Source of the DNA: a virus
Taxonomy: Duplodnaviria; Caudoviricetes
Reading direction: 5' to 3' (one strand)
DNA length: 34,476 bases
Virus record (IMG/VR): IMGVR_UViG_3300044475_000303
Coordinates: 1-34,476 of that record
The first letter of the stretch is position 1; each line of letters begins with the position of its first letter. This document shows positions 17,646 to 25,291 of this stretch, one piece after another. The translations under genes were made by a program, and so were the position numbers. The notes beneath the pieces are model-generated. The model saw nothing but the letters and a program-made list of their open reading frames with translations. It searched no databases and had not been told where the DNA came from.

Positions 17646-17764
17646 GGTTCATCCACTAAGCGCCCGTAACCTCAAATGAGCGCTTTATAGGACTTTATAA
17701 AGGGAAGTCCCGAAGCTCTCCCGCGTAGCACTTCCTGTACCTGGCAAATCCTGCCACCTCAGCA

Positions 17765-17811
17765 CTCTTTAAACCCGATTAAAAGTCTCCGGCCAGGCGT
17801 CGGGGCACGCT
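17765..17811 (+). promoter_or_regulatory. Late promoter 2 (head/tail operon)
   Basis: CTCTTTAAACCCGATTAAAAG (17765-17785), 20 bp, CACGCT; same position as Mu PI. Confidence 0.8.
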
Positions 17812-17843
17812 GTGCGCATCTTCTCTCACTCAGCGCACAGCTC

Positions 17844-18941
17844 ATGAAACCACTGCACATTTTCAAGTCTGGCAAGCATGTCGCCATGAGCGGTGACAGC
17901 TTCAACTTCAGCGAGTCTGATCTGGCCGCCACTGTGCTGGCCTACGATCCGGCCCTGCATGAAGCGCCTTTGGTCATCGGCCACCCAAAGCACGACGCGC
18001 CAGCGGCAGGCTGGGTGCAGTCTCTTACCGCCTCAGCTGAAGGGCTCATCGCGGCCCCTTCACAGGTCGATCCCGCCTTTGCTGAACTGATTGCCAAGGG
18101 CAGCTTCAAGAAGATCTCCGCCTCGTTCTACCACCCTGACGCCGCAAACAATCCAGTGCCGGGCGTGTACTACCTACGCCATGTTGGCTTCCTCGGGGCT
18201 CAGCCACCTTCCGTGAAGGGGCTGCGTGCCATCGAGCTGGCCGATGCAGAGGACGGCGTCATCGAGTTCGCCGACTTCGGCCACGAAACCAGTGCCTCCC
18301 TCTGGCGCCGCCTGCGTGACTGGATGATCGGCGAGCGCGGCCTGGAAGTCGCTGACCAGATCCTCCCCGACTGGCAGATCAAAAGCCTCGCCGAAGCTGC
18401 TCACGACAACGACTCGCGCCCGGCCTTCACCGAACCCAACCCACCCGAAACCGCCGAGGAATCCACCGTGACCCCCGAAGAAATCGCCGCCATGCAGGCG
18501 GAAAACAAGCGCCTCCAAGGCCAGGTGCAGCAGCACCAGGAGCAGGAACGCAAGTCCCGTCAGAGCAACATCCACACCGCCAACGTCGCCTTCGCCGAAG
18601 AGCTGATCGGCGCGGGCAAGTTGTTGCCCAAGCACAGCGCAGCCCTGGTCGCAGCCCTGGACTTCGCCGAATCCAGCGACACACCACTGGAGTTCGGTGA
18701 GGGCGACGAGCGTCAGCCCGTTGTCGCCGGGTTGAAAGCGATCTTCACCGACCTGCCGAAGCAGATCGACTTCGCCGAGAAGGCTCGCAAGGACCGCCAT
18801 GCTGACGGCACGCGCACTGTCGATCTGGAGTTCGCCGAGAAGAACACCGATCCCGACCGGCTGCAGTTGCACGAGCGTGCGACAGCCCTGGCCGCCGAGA
18901 AGAACATCCCCTACGAGTCGGCCGTGCGCCAACTCATCTGA
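17844..18941 (+). CDS. Prohead protease/scaffold (Mu gpI-like)
   Basis: APLVIGHP, PAAGWV, KKISASFY, YLRHVGFLGAQPPSVKGL; coiled-coil C-terminal half. Confidence 0.9.
   Translation: MKPLHIFKSGKHVAMSGDSFNFSESDLAATVLAYDPALHEAPLVIGHPKHDAPAAGWVQSLTASAEGLIAAPSQVDPAFAELIAKGSFKKISASFYHPDAANNPVPGVYYLRHVGFLGAQPPSVKGLRAIELADAEDGVIEFADFGHETSASLWRRLRDWMIGERGLEVADQILPDWQIKSLAEAAHDNDSRPAFTEPNPPETAEESTVTPEEIAAMQAENKRLQGQVQQHQEQERKSRQSNIHTANVAFAEELIGAGKLLPKHSAALVAALDFAESSDTPLEFGEGDERQPVVAGLKAIFTDLPKQIDFAEKARKDRHADGTRTVDLEFAEKNTDPDRLQLHERATALAAEKNIPYESAVRQLI
18468..18941 (+). CDS. Putative internally initiated scaffold (Mu gpZ-like)
   Basis: In-frame GTG at 18468 preceded by GAGGA (18456-18460), after a Pro-rich linker and at the start of the coiled coil. 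Confidence 0.55.
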   Translation: MTPEEIAAMQAENKRLQGQVQQHQEQERKSRQSNIHTANVAFAEELIGAGKLLPKHSAALVAALDFAESSDTPLEFGEGDERQPVVAGLKAIFTDLPKQIDFAEKARKDRHADGTRTVDLEFAEKNTDPDRLQLHERATALAAEKNIPYESAVRQLI

Positions 18942-18956
18942 TCCGCAGGAGCAACC

Positions 18957-19880
18957 ATGGCTGATCGTCTGAAACAACTCCGGGTCGTCGACCCGGTTCT
19001 GACCAACCTCGCACGTGGCTACCGCAACGCCCAGTTCATCGGCGAAGCGCTGTTCCCCATCGCGCTCATGGACAAGGAAGCCGGGACCATCCCGCTGTTC
19101 GGCAAGGAGGCTTTCGATGTCTACGACACCGAGCGAGCCATCCGGGCACAGTCCAACATCATGTCGCCGGACGACCTGGACGGCCTCGATGTCGTGCTGC
19201 GTGAGCACGACATTGCTTACCCGGTCGACTACCGCGAACAGAACGAGTCCATGTTCGACGCAGAAGCGCGGGCCTCGCGCCGTGTCGTTGATGTGATCGA
19301 TCTGCGCCGCGAGATCGCTTGCGCCAAGCTGGCACAGAACCCCAGCACCTACGGCGCGGGCGCCAAGGTAACCCTCGCTGGCTCCAGTCAGTGGAGCAAC
19401 GGCGGCGGCGACCCGGTTGCGGATGTAGAGCGTGGCAAGGAAGTGATCCGTAGCCGTGTCGGCATTCGTCCCAACACCATCACCATGGGAGCCTCGGTCT
19501 ACGCCTCGCTCAAGTTCCACCCCAAACTGCAGGAAGCCCTGGGCAGTAACGAGCGCAAGCTGATCACCCTGGAGCACCTCAAAGCGCTCTTCGGCATCAA
19601 TGACATCTACATCGGTGAGGCCCTGGCCAACACCGGTACGTTCGGTGACATCTGGAGCGACAGTCTGCAGCTCGCCTATGTGGCGAAGCCCCAGAGCGGG
19701 GCGAAAGCCGACTACGAAGATCCGAGCTTCGGCTACACCCTGCGCCGCAAAGGCATGCCCGAGATCGATGCCTACGACACAGCGGGCGGCAAGGTGCGCT
19801 ACGTGCGTAACACCGACATCTACAAACCGGTGGTAGTCGGCTCGGACGCTGGCTATCTGATCTCCGACATCAACGGCTGA
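18957..19880 (+). CDS. Major capsid protein
   Basis: 307 aa after the protease; VDPVLTNLARGYRN start; SD AGGAG; strongly biased codon usage. Confidence 0.88.
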   Translation: MADRLKQLRVVDPVLTNLARGYRNAQFIGEALFPIALMDKEAGTIPLFGKEAFDVYDTERAIRAQSNIMSPDDLDGLDVVLREHDIAYPVDYREQNESMFDAEARASRRVVDVIDLRREIACAKLAQNPSTYGAGAKVTLAGSSQWSNGGGDPVADVERGKEVIRSRVGIRPNTITMGASVYASLKFHPKLQEALGSNERKLITLEHLKALFGINDIYIGEALANTGTFGDIWSDSLQLAYVAKPQSGAKADYEDPSFGYTLRRKGMPEIDAYDTAGGKVRYVRNTDIYKPVVVGSDAGYLISDING

Positions 19881-19888
19881 GGTGCGTC

Positions 19889-20356
19889 ATGGCTAAAACC
19901 CCGACCACAAGCAAGGGCGCACCTGCAGCCGATCAGCAGCAAGAGGCCAAGTCCGATCAGGCCACCAACACTTCGTCTGAGGCCATGGCATCAACTCCAG
20001 CGACAGCCGGGCAACCGTCACTTGGTGCTGAGTCTGGTAGCAGCGCTGAAAACGCAGGTAGCTCGCTGGGCAGTAACGAGCAAGGCCAGGCGTTGAACAC
20101 TCACGCTGATGCGCCGGTAGAAGCAGCAGCCTCACCCACTGCTGGTGCAACTGCTGATGACAACTCAGCGAGCGCTGGCGACCTGGCGAGTCTGCAGGAG
20201 CAGCCAGCGAAACAGGCTTACGCCGTCACCGGCCGCAGCGATGTACTGCACGACGGCAAGCTCTACACCGAGGGCGAGCTGGTCTGGCTGGACTGGGACA
20301 GCGCCCGCCCGCTTCTCAACAACCGCTGTGTCACGGCCACAGGAGGCACCCAATGA
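19889..20356 (+). CDS. Hypothetical head-region protein (disordered N-terminus, small C-terminal domain)
   Basis: Ala/Ser/Thr-rich chain followed by VLHDGKLYTEGELV; SD GAGGTG. Confidence 0.7.
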   Translation: MAKTPTTSKGAPAADQQQEAKSDQATNTSSEAMASTPATAGQPSLGAESGSSAENAGSSLGSNEQGQALNTHADAPVEAAASPTAGATADDNSASAGDLASLQEQPAKQAYAVTGRSDVLHDGKLYTEGELVWLDWDSARPLLNNRCVTATGGTQ

Positions 20357-20685
20357 AGACCAAACAGACCGTCCTGACCACTTCGGTGGTCGCCCTGGTA
20401 GATCTGCGGCGTCATGTGTTCGTCGGGTTCGACGGTGGCCGCTGCGCTGCAGGTGCAAAGTCTCTCGGCCCGGCAGCAGCCGATACCGAAGCGGGCAACG
20501 TCGCTCCGGTTGATGTGCTGGGTATCTGCCTGGTTACTGCCGGGGCCGCCATCACCAGTGGCGCCGAGGTCGAGGCGAACGCCGATGGTCATGCCGTCAC
20601 CATGACCACTGGCAAAAGCAACGGCATCGCCCTGGACGCAGCTGCTGCGGCCGGTGAAGTCATCCGCATCGTGCGCGGGATCTGA
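20353..20685 (+). CDS. Capsid cement/decoration protein (DUF2190-like)
   Basis: 110 aa, Ala/Gly-rich, C-terminal GIALDAAAAAGEVIRI. Confidence 0.78.
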   Translation: MKTKQTVLTTSVVALVDLRRHVFVGFDGGRCAAGAKSLGPAAADTEAGNVAPVDVLGICLVTAGAAITSGAEVEANADGHAVTMTTGKSNGIALDAAAAAGEVIRIVRGI

Positions 20686-20687
20686 CC

Positions 20688-21122
20688 ATGCGCTACTGCA
20701 ACCGCGCGGACATCGGCAACGCCATCCCTGAACTGACCCTGGTTCAGCTCTCCAACGATGACCCGGCTGCCGAGCAGCCCAATGAGAGCGTGATCGAGGA
20801 GGCCGTCCGCCAGGCTGAAGAGCTGGTGGATGGTTACCTTCGTGGGCGCTACGTCCTGCCGCTCGACCCGGTGCCGACTGTTCTGCGGGATGCAGTGGTG
20901 TACCTGGCACGCCATTGGCTCTACCAACGCCGCCCTGAGGGCGTGCTTCCTGACGCGGTTAAGGACAGCCGCAAGGACACGATCAAGCTCCTGGAGAGCA
21001 TCCGCGATGGCGTGGTGACGCTGGGCATGCCCAGTGGCCAGATCGCCCCGGAACCGGGCGAGGTTCGTGTGCGTGCTCGTCGCCAGCAGTTCGGTGATGA
21101 CACCTGGAGCGGCTACCGATGA
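20688..21122 (+). CDS. Head-tail adaptor (Mu gp36 / DUF1320)
   Basis: MRYC...VDGYLRGRYVLPL...LARHWLYQRR. Confidence 0.87.
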   Translation: MRYCNRADIGNAIPELTLVQLSNDDPAAEQPNESVIEEAVRQAEELVDGYLRGRYVLPLDPVPTVLRDAVVYLARHWLYQRRPEGVLPDAVKDSRKDTIKLLESIRDGVVTLGMPSGQIAPEPGEVRVRARRQQFGDDTWSGYR

Positions 21123-21550
21123 GCCAGACAACAACGATCCTGGAGGCTTTCGTTGCTCGCCTCAAAGGTAGTTTCAGCCAGCAGTTGGGCATCGAGCTGT
21201 TCCCCGAGACCCCATCCAAGTACCGGCTGAACCACCCGCGCGGCGCCGTCCTGGTCGCGTTTGGCAGCTCAAAGTTTGGCGACACCGAGGCGCTCGACGC
21301 TGTGTTCCAGGAGCGCAACCTGGTCATTCCATTGACCCTGGTGTTTCGACAGCTCAACGGGCGCGATGGGGTAATCAGCTACCTGGATGCGGTACGTGAT
21401 TGCCTCACCGGTTGGTATCCACCCCACTGCGATAACGCTTGCCGACCCCTTGATGAAACCTTCATTGGCCAGGTCGCCGGCCTTTGGCAGTACACCCAGC
21501 GTTTCGCGATCCGTGCCACCCAACTGCAGCAGACCGGCTTCAGCGGATAG
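21119..21550 (+). CDS. Gp37-family tail completion protein
   Basis: ELFPE...YRLNHPRGAVLV...GLWQY; synteny. Confidence 0.8.
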   Translation: MSQTTTILEAFVARLKGSFSQQLGIELFPETPSKYRLNHPRGAVLVAFGSSKFGDTEALDAVFQERNLVIPLTLVFRQLNGRDGVISYLDAVRDCLTGWYPPHCDNACRPLDETFIGQVAGLWQYTQRFAIRATQLQQTGFSG

Positions 21551-21576
21551 CGGCAATCCCACATCGAGGACACCCT

Positions 21577-21789
21577 GTGAAACTTACCAAGTACATCTAT
21601 AAGGGGCCGCGCAGCTCTTCCACCTTGCGAGTCGGCAAGAATCAGGAAGTGCTGGAGGTCCACCTGATTCCAGGCAAACCGGTGGAATTACCCGCCGAAC
21701 ATGAATACACCCAGGTACTCCTGGAGCTGCAGCACCTGGAGGCGGTTCCGGCCGAGAAGGTTGCCGCCACCAAAGAGGGGGACAAGTAA
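21577..21789 (+). CDS. Small hypothetical protein upstream of the sheath
   Basis: GTG at 21577 with GAGGA SD; 70 aa; TAATG overlap with the sheath gene. Confidence 0.75.
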   Translation: MKLTKYIYKGPRSSSTLRVGKNQEVLEVHLIPGKPVELPAEHEYTQVLLELQHLEAVPAEKVAATKEGDK

Positions 21790-23225
21790 TGGCTGCCAAT
21801 TACCTGCACGGCATCGAGACCCTGGAGGTCGAGCGCGGCCCCCGTGCTATCCGCGTGGTTAAAAGCGCGGTGGTCGCAGTTGTGGGCACTGCGCCTATTG
21901 GCCCAGTGAACTCGCTGACTCTTTGCCAGACCGAGACCGACGACGCTCAGTTCGGCCCTGAGACGCTTACCACCCAAGGCTTCAGCATTCCAGAGGCGCT
22001 GGCGGGGATTCATGCATTCGGCGCCGGGACGGTGCTGGTGATCAACGTCCTGAACCCAGCAGTGCATAAGGCCAACGTGGTCGACCAGGTGCGGACCTTC
22101 GGCGTCAACGACCGCCTGCAGCTTGGTAATGGTGCCGTGCAGAGCATGACCCTGAAACCGAGTGGACAAGGCGATCCATTCGTTGTCGGCACTGACTACA
22201 CCGTCGATCTGATCACCGGGTTGGTCACCCGTGTCGCCACTGGCAGCATCGTGGCCGGGGCCTCGGTCAAGGCGGACTATACCTATGCAGACCCGAGCCA
22301 GGTCACCGCTGCCGATATCATTGGTGCCGTCAGCATTGCCGGCCTGCGCTCCGGTCTGAAAGCGTTCGCAGACAGCTACAACCTGTTTGGCTACTTCCCG
22401 AAATTGCTCATCGCACCAGGCTTCTCGACCCTTCAGTCAGTGAGCGTCGAATTGATCGCTGTTGCCGAACAGCTTGGCGGTGTCGCTTACATTGATGCGC
22501 CTATCGGGACTACCCCTGCACAAGCCATCGCCGGTCGTGGCCCGCTGGGAGCCATCAACTTCAACACCAGCAGTGATCGTGTGCGCCTGTGCTATCCGCA
22601 TGTGCAAGTCTACGACGCAGCAACCGACGGCTCGCGGCTGCAGCCACTGTCGATCCGGGCTGCCGGGTTGCGCGCGAAGGTGGATCTGGACAAAGGGTAT
22701 TGGTGGTCCAGTTCCAACCAGGAGTTGGTAGGCGTACTTGGTTTGGAACGGTCGCTGACCGCTCGCGTCGATGATCCCAGCAGTGAAGTGAATCTGCTTA
22801 ACGAGAACGGCATCACCACGGTGTTCAACTCGTTCGGCACTGGGCTGCGCCTCTGGGGCAACCGAACGGCAGCCTGGCCAACCGTCACCCACATGCGCAA
22901 CTTCGAAAACGTGCGCCGCACGAAGGATGTGATAGACGAATCGATTCGCTACAGCTCACTGCAATTCGTGGACGTGCCGATCAGCAACTCGTTGATCGAC
23001 AGCGTCACTGAAAGCGTCAATCTGTTCGGCCGCAAGCTGATCGGTGATGGTGCGCTGTTGGGCTTCGAGTGTTGGTACGACCCAGCGCGCAATCCTCAAA
23101 CCGAGCTGGAGCTGGGACATTTGCTGTTCAGCTACAAACTGACCGTGCCGCCACCCATGGAACGCGGCACTTTCGAAACCGAGATCACCGGGGAATATCT
23201 GGTAAACCTGGGGGGTAATGAGTAA
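21789..23225 (+). CDS. Contractile tail sheath protein
   Basis: YLHGIETLEV start, LLIAPGF, GYWWSSSN, GLRLWGNRT (P2 FI-like). Confidence 0.95.
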   Translation: MAANYLHGIETLEVERGPRAIRVVKSAVVAVVGTAPIGPVNSLTLCQTETDDAQFGPETLTTQGFSIPEALAGIHAFGAGTVLVINVLNPAVHKANVVDQVRTFGVNDRLQLGNGAVQSMTLKPSGQGDPFVVGTDYTVDLITGLVTRVATGSIVAGASVKADYTYADPSQVTAADIIGAVSIAGLRSGLKAFADSYNLFGYFPKLLIAPGFSTLQSVSVELIAVAEQLGGVAYIDAPIGTTPAQAIAGRGPLGAINFNTSSDRVRLCYPHVQVYDAATDGSRLQPLSIRAAGLRAKVDLDKGYWWSSSNQELVGVLGLERSLTARVDDPSSEVNLLNENGITTVFNSFGTGLRLWGNRTAAWPTVTHMRNFENVRRTKDVIDESIRYSSLQFVDVPISNSLIDSVTESVNLFGRKLIGDGALLGFECWYDPARNPQTELELGHLLFSYKLTVPPPMERGTFETEITGEYLVNLGGNE

Positions 23226-23749
23226 TGGCTGGCTTTGCCGCGCACCGCATCACCAACGCCAATGTCTACCTGGACGGCCAGCAGTTCTTCGCAAAATGCG
23301 AGGAGGTCGACCTGGGTAGCGTGAAGGCGGTAACCAGTGACTTCCAGGGTTTGGGCATGGTGGGCCTCATCGAGCTACCGGATGGCCTCGACAAGATCGA
23401 GGGTAAGATCACCTGGAACAGCTTGTACGCCGACGCGGGCACCAAGCTGGCCAGCCCGTTCAAGGCTGTCCAGCTGCAATGCCGCAGCAACGTCCAGGTG
23501 TTCAACAACGGCGGTCTAGTCAACGAGATCCCGCTGGTCACCTTCTTGACCATCATGCCCAAGGAGTATGCGCTGGGTAGCTTCAAACCACGGGAGGCGA
23601 CCAAGTTCGAGACGCCATTCTCAGCGATCTACGTGCGCCAACTCCTGGACGGTCGCGAGATCCTGTTGCTGGACTACCTGTCCAACATCTTCCGCATTGA
23701 TGGAAAGGATCAGTTGGGGGACTACCGCAGGAATATCGGACAGGTTTAA
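23225..23749 (+). CDS. Major tail tube protein
   Basis: 174 aa after the sheath; ITNANVYLDG, GLDKIE, NIFRIDGKDQL (P2 FII-like). Confidence 0.92.
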   Translation: MAGFAAHRITNANVYLDGQQFFAKCEEVDLGSVKAVTSDFQGLGMVGLIELPDGLDKIEGKITWNSLYADAGTKLASPFKAVQLQCRSNVQVFNNGGLVNEIPLVTFLTIMPKEYALGSFKPREATKFETPFSAIYVRQLLDGREILLLDYLSNIFRIDGKDQLGDYRRNIGQV

Positions 23750-24193
23750 TCAGGTAGGGATGCCGAGTTGTCCGGTTGCAAGCCGAGAACCCAAGGAGAG
23801 TACTTCACCGACCACCCCGCGAAGTACCTCTTTGGCACCTCCCTTAGAGGCGTCGACTAGTTTCTCACCCAAGGATGGGCCTGTTTGTAAGCTGGCTGGG
23901 GTGGCTTTGAGAACCTCCAGTCCCTTGGCTGTGAGTACCGAATCCAGGAAGCCCGTGCCCTGGGCATGACCCCTGTGGGTCAGATAACCCGCGCCAGCTA
24001 GCCAGTCGACACTGGCTAGGAAGAAGCTCCCAGCAGCATTAGGAACTGGCATGCCAAGCTGCTCACTCATTGAAAAGCCGTCCAGCACAAAGTCCGTGAT
24101 AAAAAGCCGGCGGGGGACAGGGAACGTTTCATAGAGTGCACCAAGCACTTGGCCGGTGATTTCGTCAAACTGCTCAATGTTGGAGGCTGCCAT
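23750..24193 (-). CDS. Antisense moron, winged-helix-like hypothetical protein
   Basis: SD GGAG best spaced to the ATG at 24193; SVDWLAGAGYL...VLTAKGLEVL wHTH-like signature; its stop abuts the tube stop. Confidence 0.8.
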   Translation of the reverse strand: MAASNIEQFDEITGQVLGALYETFPVPRRLFITDFVLDGFSMSEQLGMPVPNAAGSFFLASVDWLAGAGYLTHRGHAQGTGFLDSVLTAKGLEVLKATPASLQTGPSLGEKLVDASKGGAKEVLRGVVGEVLSLGSRLATGQLGIPT

Positions 24194-24333
24194 GTCCATG
24201 ACTCCAGGTACGTTGGGTGTGTTGATTTGTCGGATGCAAGCGCCACAGTCGAAGGATTGAAACCGGCAAGAGCAGTAAGCCCGAAAGACTTGAATGATGT
24301 GCTCCAGGAAGGAGCTGCCAGGACTTCAACCGA

Positions 24334-24357
24334 AAGCCCCGCCATCGTGCGGGGCTT
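24334..24357. terminator. Intrinsic terminator-like hairpin, possibly bidirectional
   Basis: AAGCCCCGC-CATCGT-GCGGGGCTT; lies directly after the stop of the minus-strand ORF 24361-24531. Confidence 0.65.
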
Positions 24358-24360
24358 CCT

Positions 24361-24531
24361 CTATCTGATGCGCACCAGTTGGTACTCGGCAGGCCACAGT
24401 GACCTATAAGTGACCTTGCATACGGGATTATTTCGCCATTCCCGCTTGTTGGTCACGACGATAATGGTCCGCCCTGCGACTACCCCACCTTTCACCGCCT
24501 CATGCGGTAAAACCCATACCCATGCTTCCAT
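24361..24531 (-). CDS. Small antisense moron, 56 aa (absent from the ORF track)
   Basis: Hand translation MEAWVWVLPHEAVKGGVVAGRTIIVVTNKREWRNNPVCKVTYRSLWPAEYQLVRIR; GAGGGG SD; terminator hairpin right after the TAG. Confidence 0.65.
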   Translation of the reverse strand: MEAWVWVLPHEAVKGGVVAGRTIIVVTNKREWRNNPVCKVTYRSLWPAEYQLVRIR

Positions 24532-24539
24532 GGCAACCC

Positions 24540-24586
24540 CTCTTTAAACCAGATTAAAAGCCAACACCGCAGCCAAACGCGATACT
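24540..24586 (+). promoter_or_regulatory. Late promoter 3 (tail chaperone/tape measure)
   Basis: CTCTTTAAACCAGATTAAAAG (24540-24560), 20 bp, GATACT. Confidence 0.8.
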
Positions 24587-24624
24587 TGAGACCCATAACT
24601 CATGCACGCTCTGGAGCAACGATC

Positions 24625-24939
24625 ATGGCTGAAGCCCTGCACATCCCACTCAAGTTTCCCTTCACCACGGCAGCGAATGTACGCCTCGACAAGCTGCCGA
24701 TCCACCGCCCGAAGCGCAAGGATATTGCAGCCGGCCAAAGGCAAGCGAAAGACGAAGCAGGACTGGAAGATTACCTGGTTGCAAAGATGACCGGTCTTAC
24801 GCTGGAAGACCTGGGCGAACTCGATATTGCTGACTCGCAAACTGTGACGGCGGTGTTTCGGGAGCTGGCTGGCGGAGGAGACGGTTCTCAGGAGCTGGGA
24901 CGAAGCGCTGCTCCTGGTGCTGCGGATGCAGCCGAGTGA
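24625..24939 (+). CDS. Tail assembly chaperone (Mu gp41 / P2 gpE-like)
   Basis: SD GGAG; IPLKFPF, RPKRKD, GLTLEDLGELDIAD; between tube and tape measure. Confidence 0.87.
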   Translation: MAEALHIPLKFPFTTAANVRLDKLPIHRPKRKDIAAGQRQAKDEAGLEDYLVAKMTGLTLEDLGELDIADSQTVTAVFRELAGGGDGSQELGRSAAPGAADAAE

Positions 24940-25042
24940 GATAGGTGAGCTGGAGATGGAGGACTACTGGCACTGGTGTGAAGTGTGCGAGCGGGAAATT
25001 AGCCGTCGGATCGAGGCTGCCGACCAGCTGAAAAAACCTTAG
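24860..25042 (+). CDS. Frameshift extension of the tail chaperone (gpE'-like), +1 frame
   Basis: The +1 frame reads GSWLAEETVLRSWDEALLLVLRMQPSEIGELEMEDYWHWCEVCEREISRRIEAADQLKKP; PSEI..L....W is typical of gpE'/gpT extensions. Confidence 0.7.
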   Translation, partial: GSWLAEETVLRSWDEALLLVLRMQPSEIGELEMEDYWHWCEVCEREISRRIEAADQLKKP

Positions 25043-25256
25043 CCACCAAGCCCGCCAATATCCCCAGCACGAGAGAGCCACCCGCTGCCAGAGGGGTGGC
25101 CACCAAGGCCAGCAGCGGCAGGCCCATACAGAATGCCAGAACTGCAACCCAGAACGAGAAGTTGGCCAGGCACAGCCAGGCGAACGCAAGTAACCCGCTG
25201 GCAATGACCAGTGCATAAAGGGTGTGGGCAGTTCGGGTAGCGACGATTTCAAACAT
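24999..25256 (-). CDS. Antisense small membrane protein (moron)
   Basis: 85 aa, almost wholly hydrophobic (2-3 TM); candidate promoter immediately upstream. Confidence 0.72.
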   Translation of the reverse strand: MFEIVATRTAHTLYALVIASGLLAFAWLCLANFSFWVAVLAFCMGLPLLALVATPLAAGGSLVLGILAGLVAKVFSAGRQPRSDG

Positions 25257-25262
25257 GATTGC

Positions 25263-25291
25263 AGCGTAGCAAATAACCTATGGCGAACGAA
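25263..25291 (-). promoter_or_regulatory. Candidate extended -10 promoter for the membrane moron
   Basis: Minus strand TTCGTT, 17 bp, TACGCT with TG at the extended position; the ATG lies 6 nt downstream, suggesting a leaderless mRNA. Confidence 0.45.

Noticed and set aside
18174-19577. 467-aa minus-strand ORF (likewise 13633-14685, 33631-34392, and plus-strand 2613-3449)
   Set aside because: Antisense shadows of well-supported genes with strong codon bias; no recognisable motifs.
19539-20081. 16-bp direct repeat CTGGGCAGTAACGAGC (19539-19554 and 20066-20081)
   Set aside because: A single pair inside coding sequence; plausible by chance in 34 kb of biased DNA, with no functional context.
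24067-24409. ORFs 24067-24345 (-) and 24149-24409 (+)
   Set aside because: They start within or run through the terminator hairpin, overlap the better-supported moron, and lack clear SD sequences.
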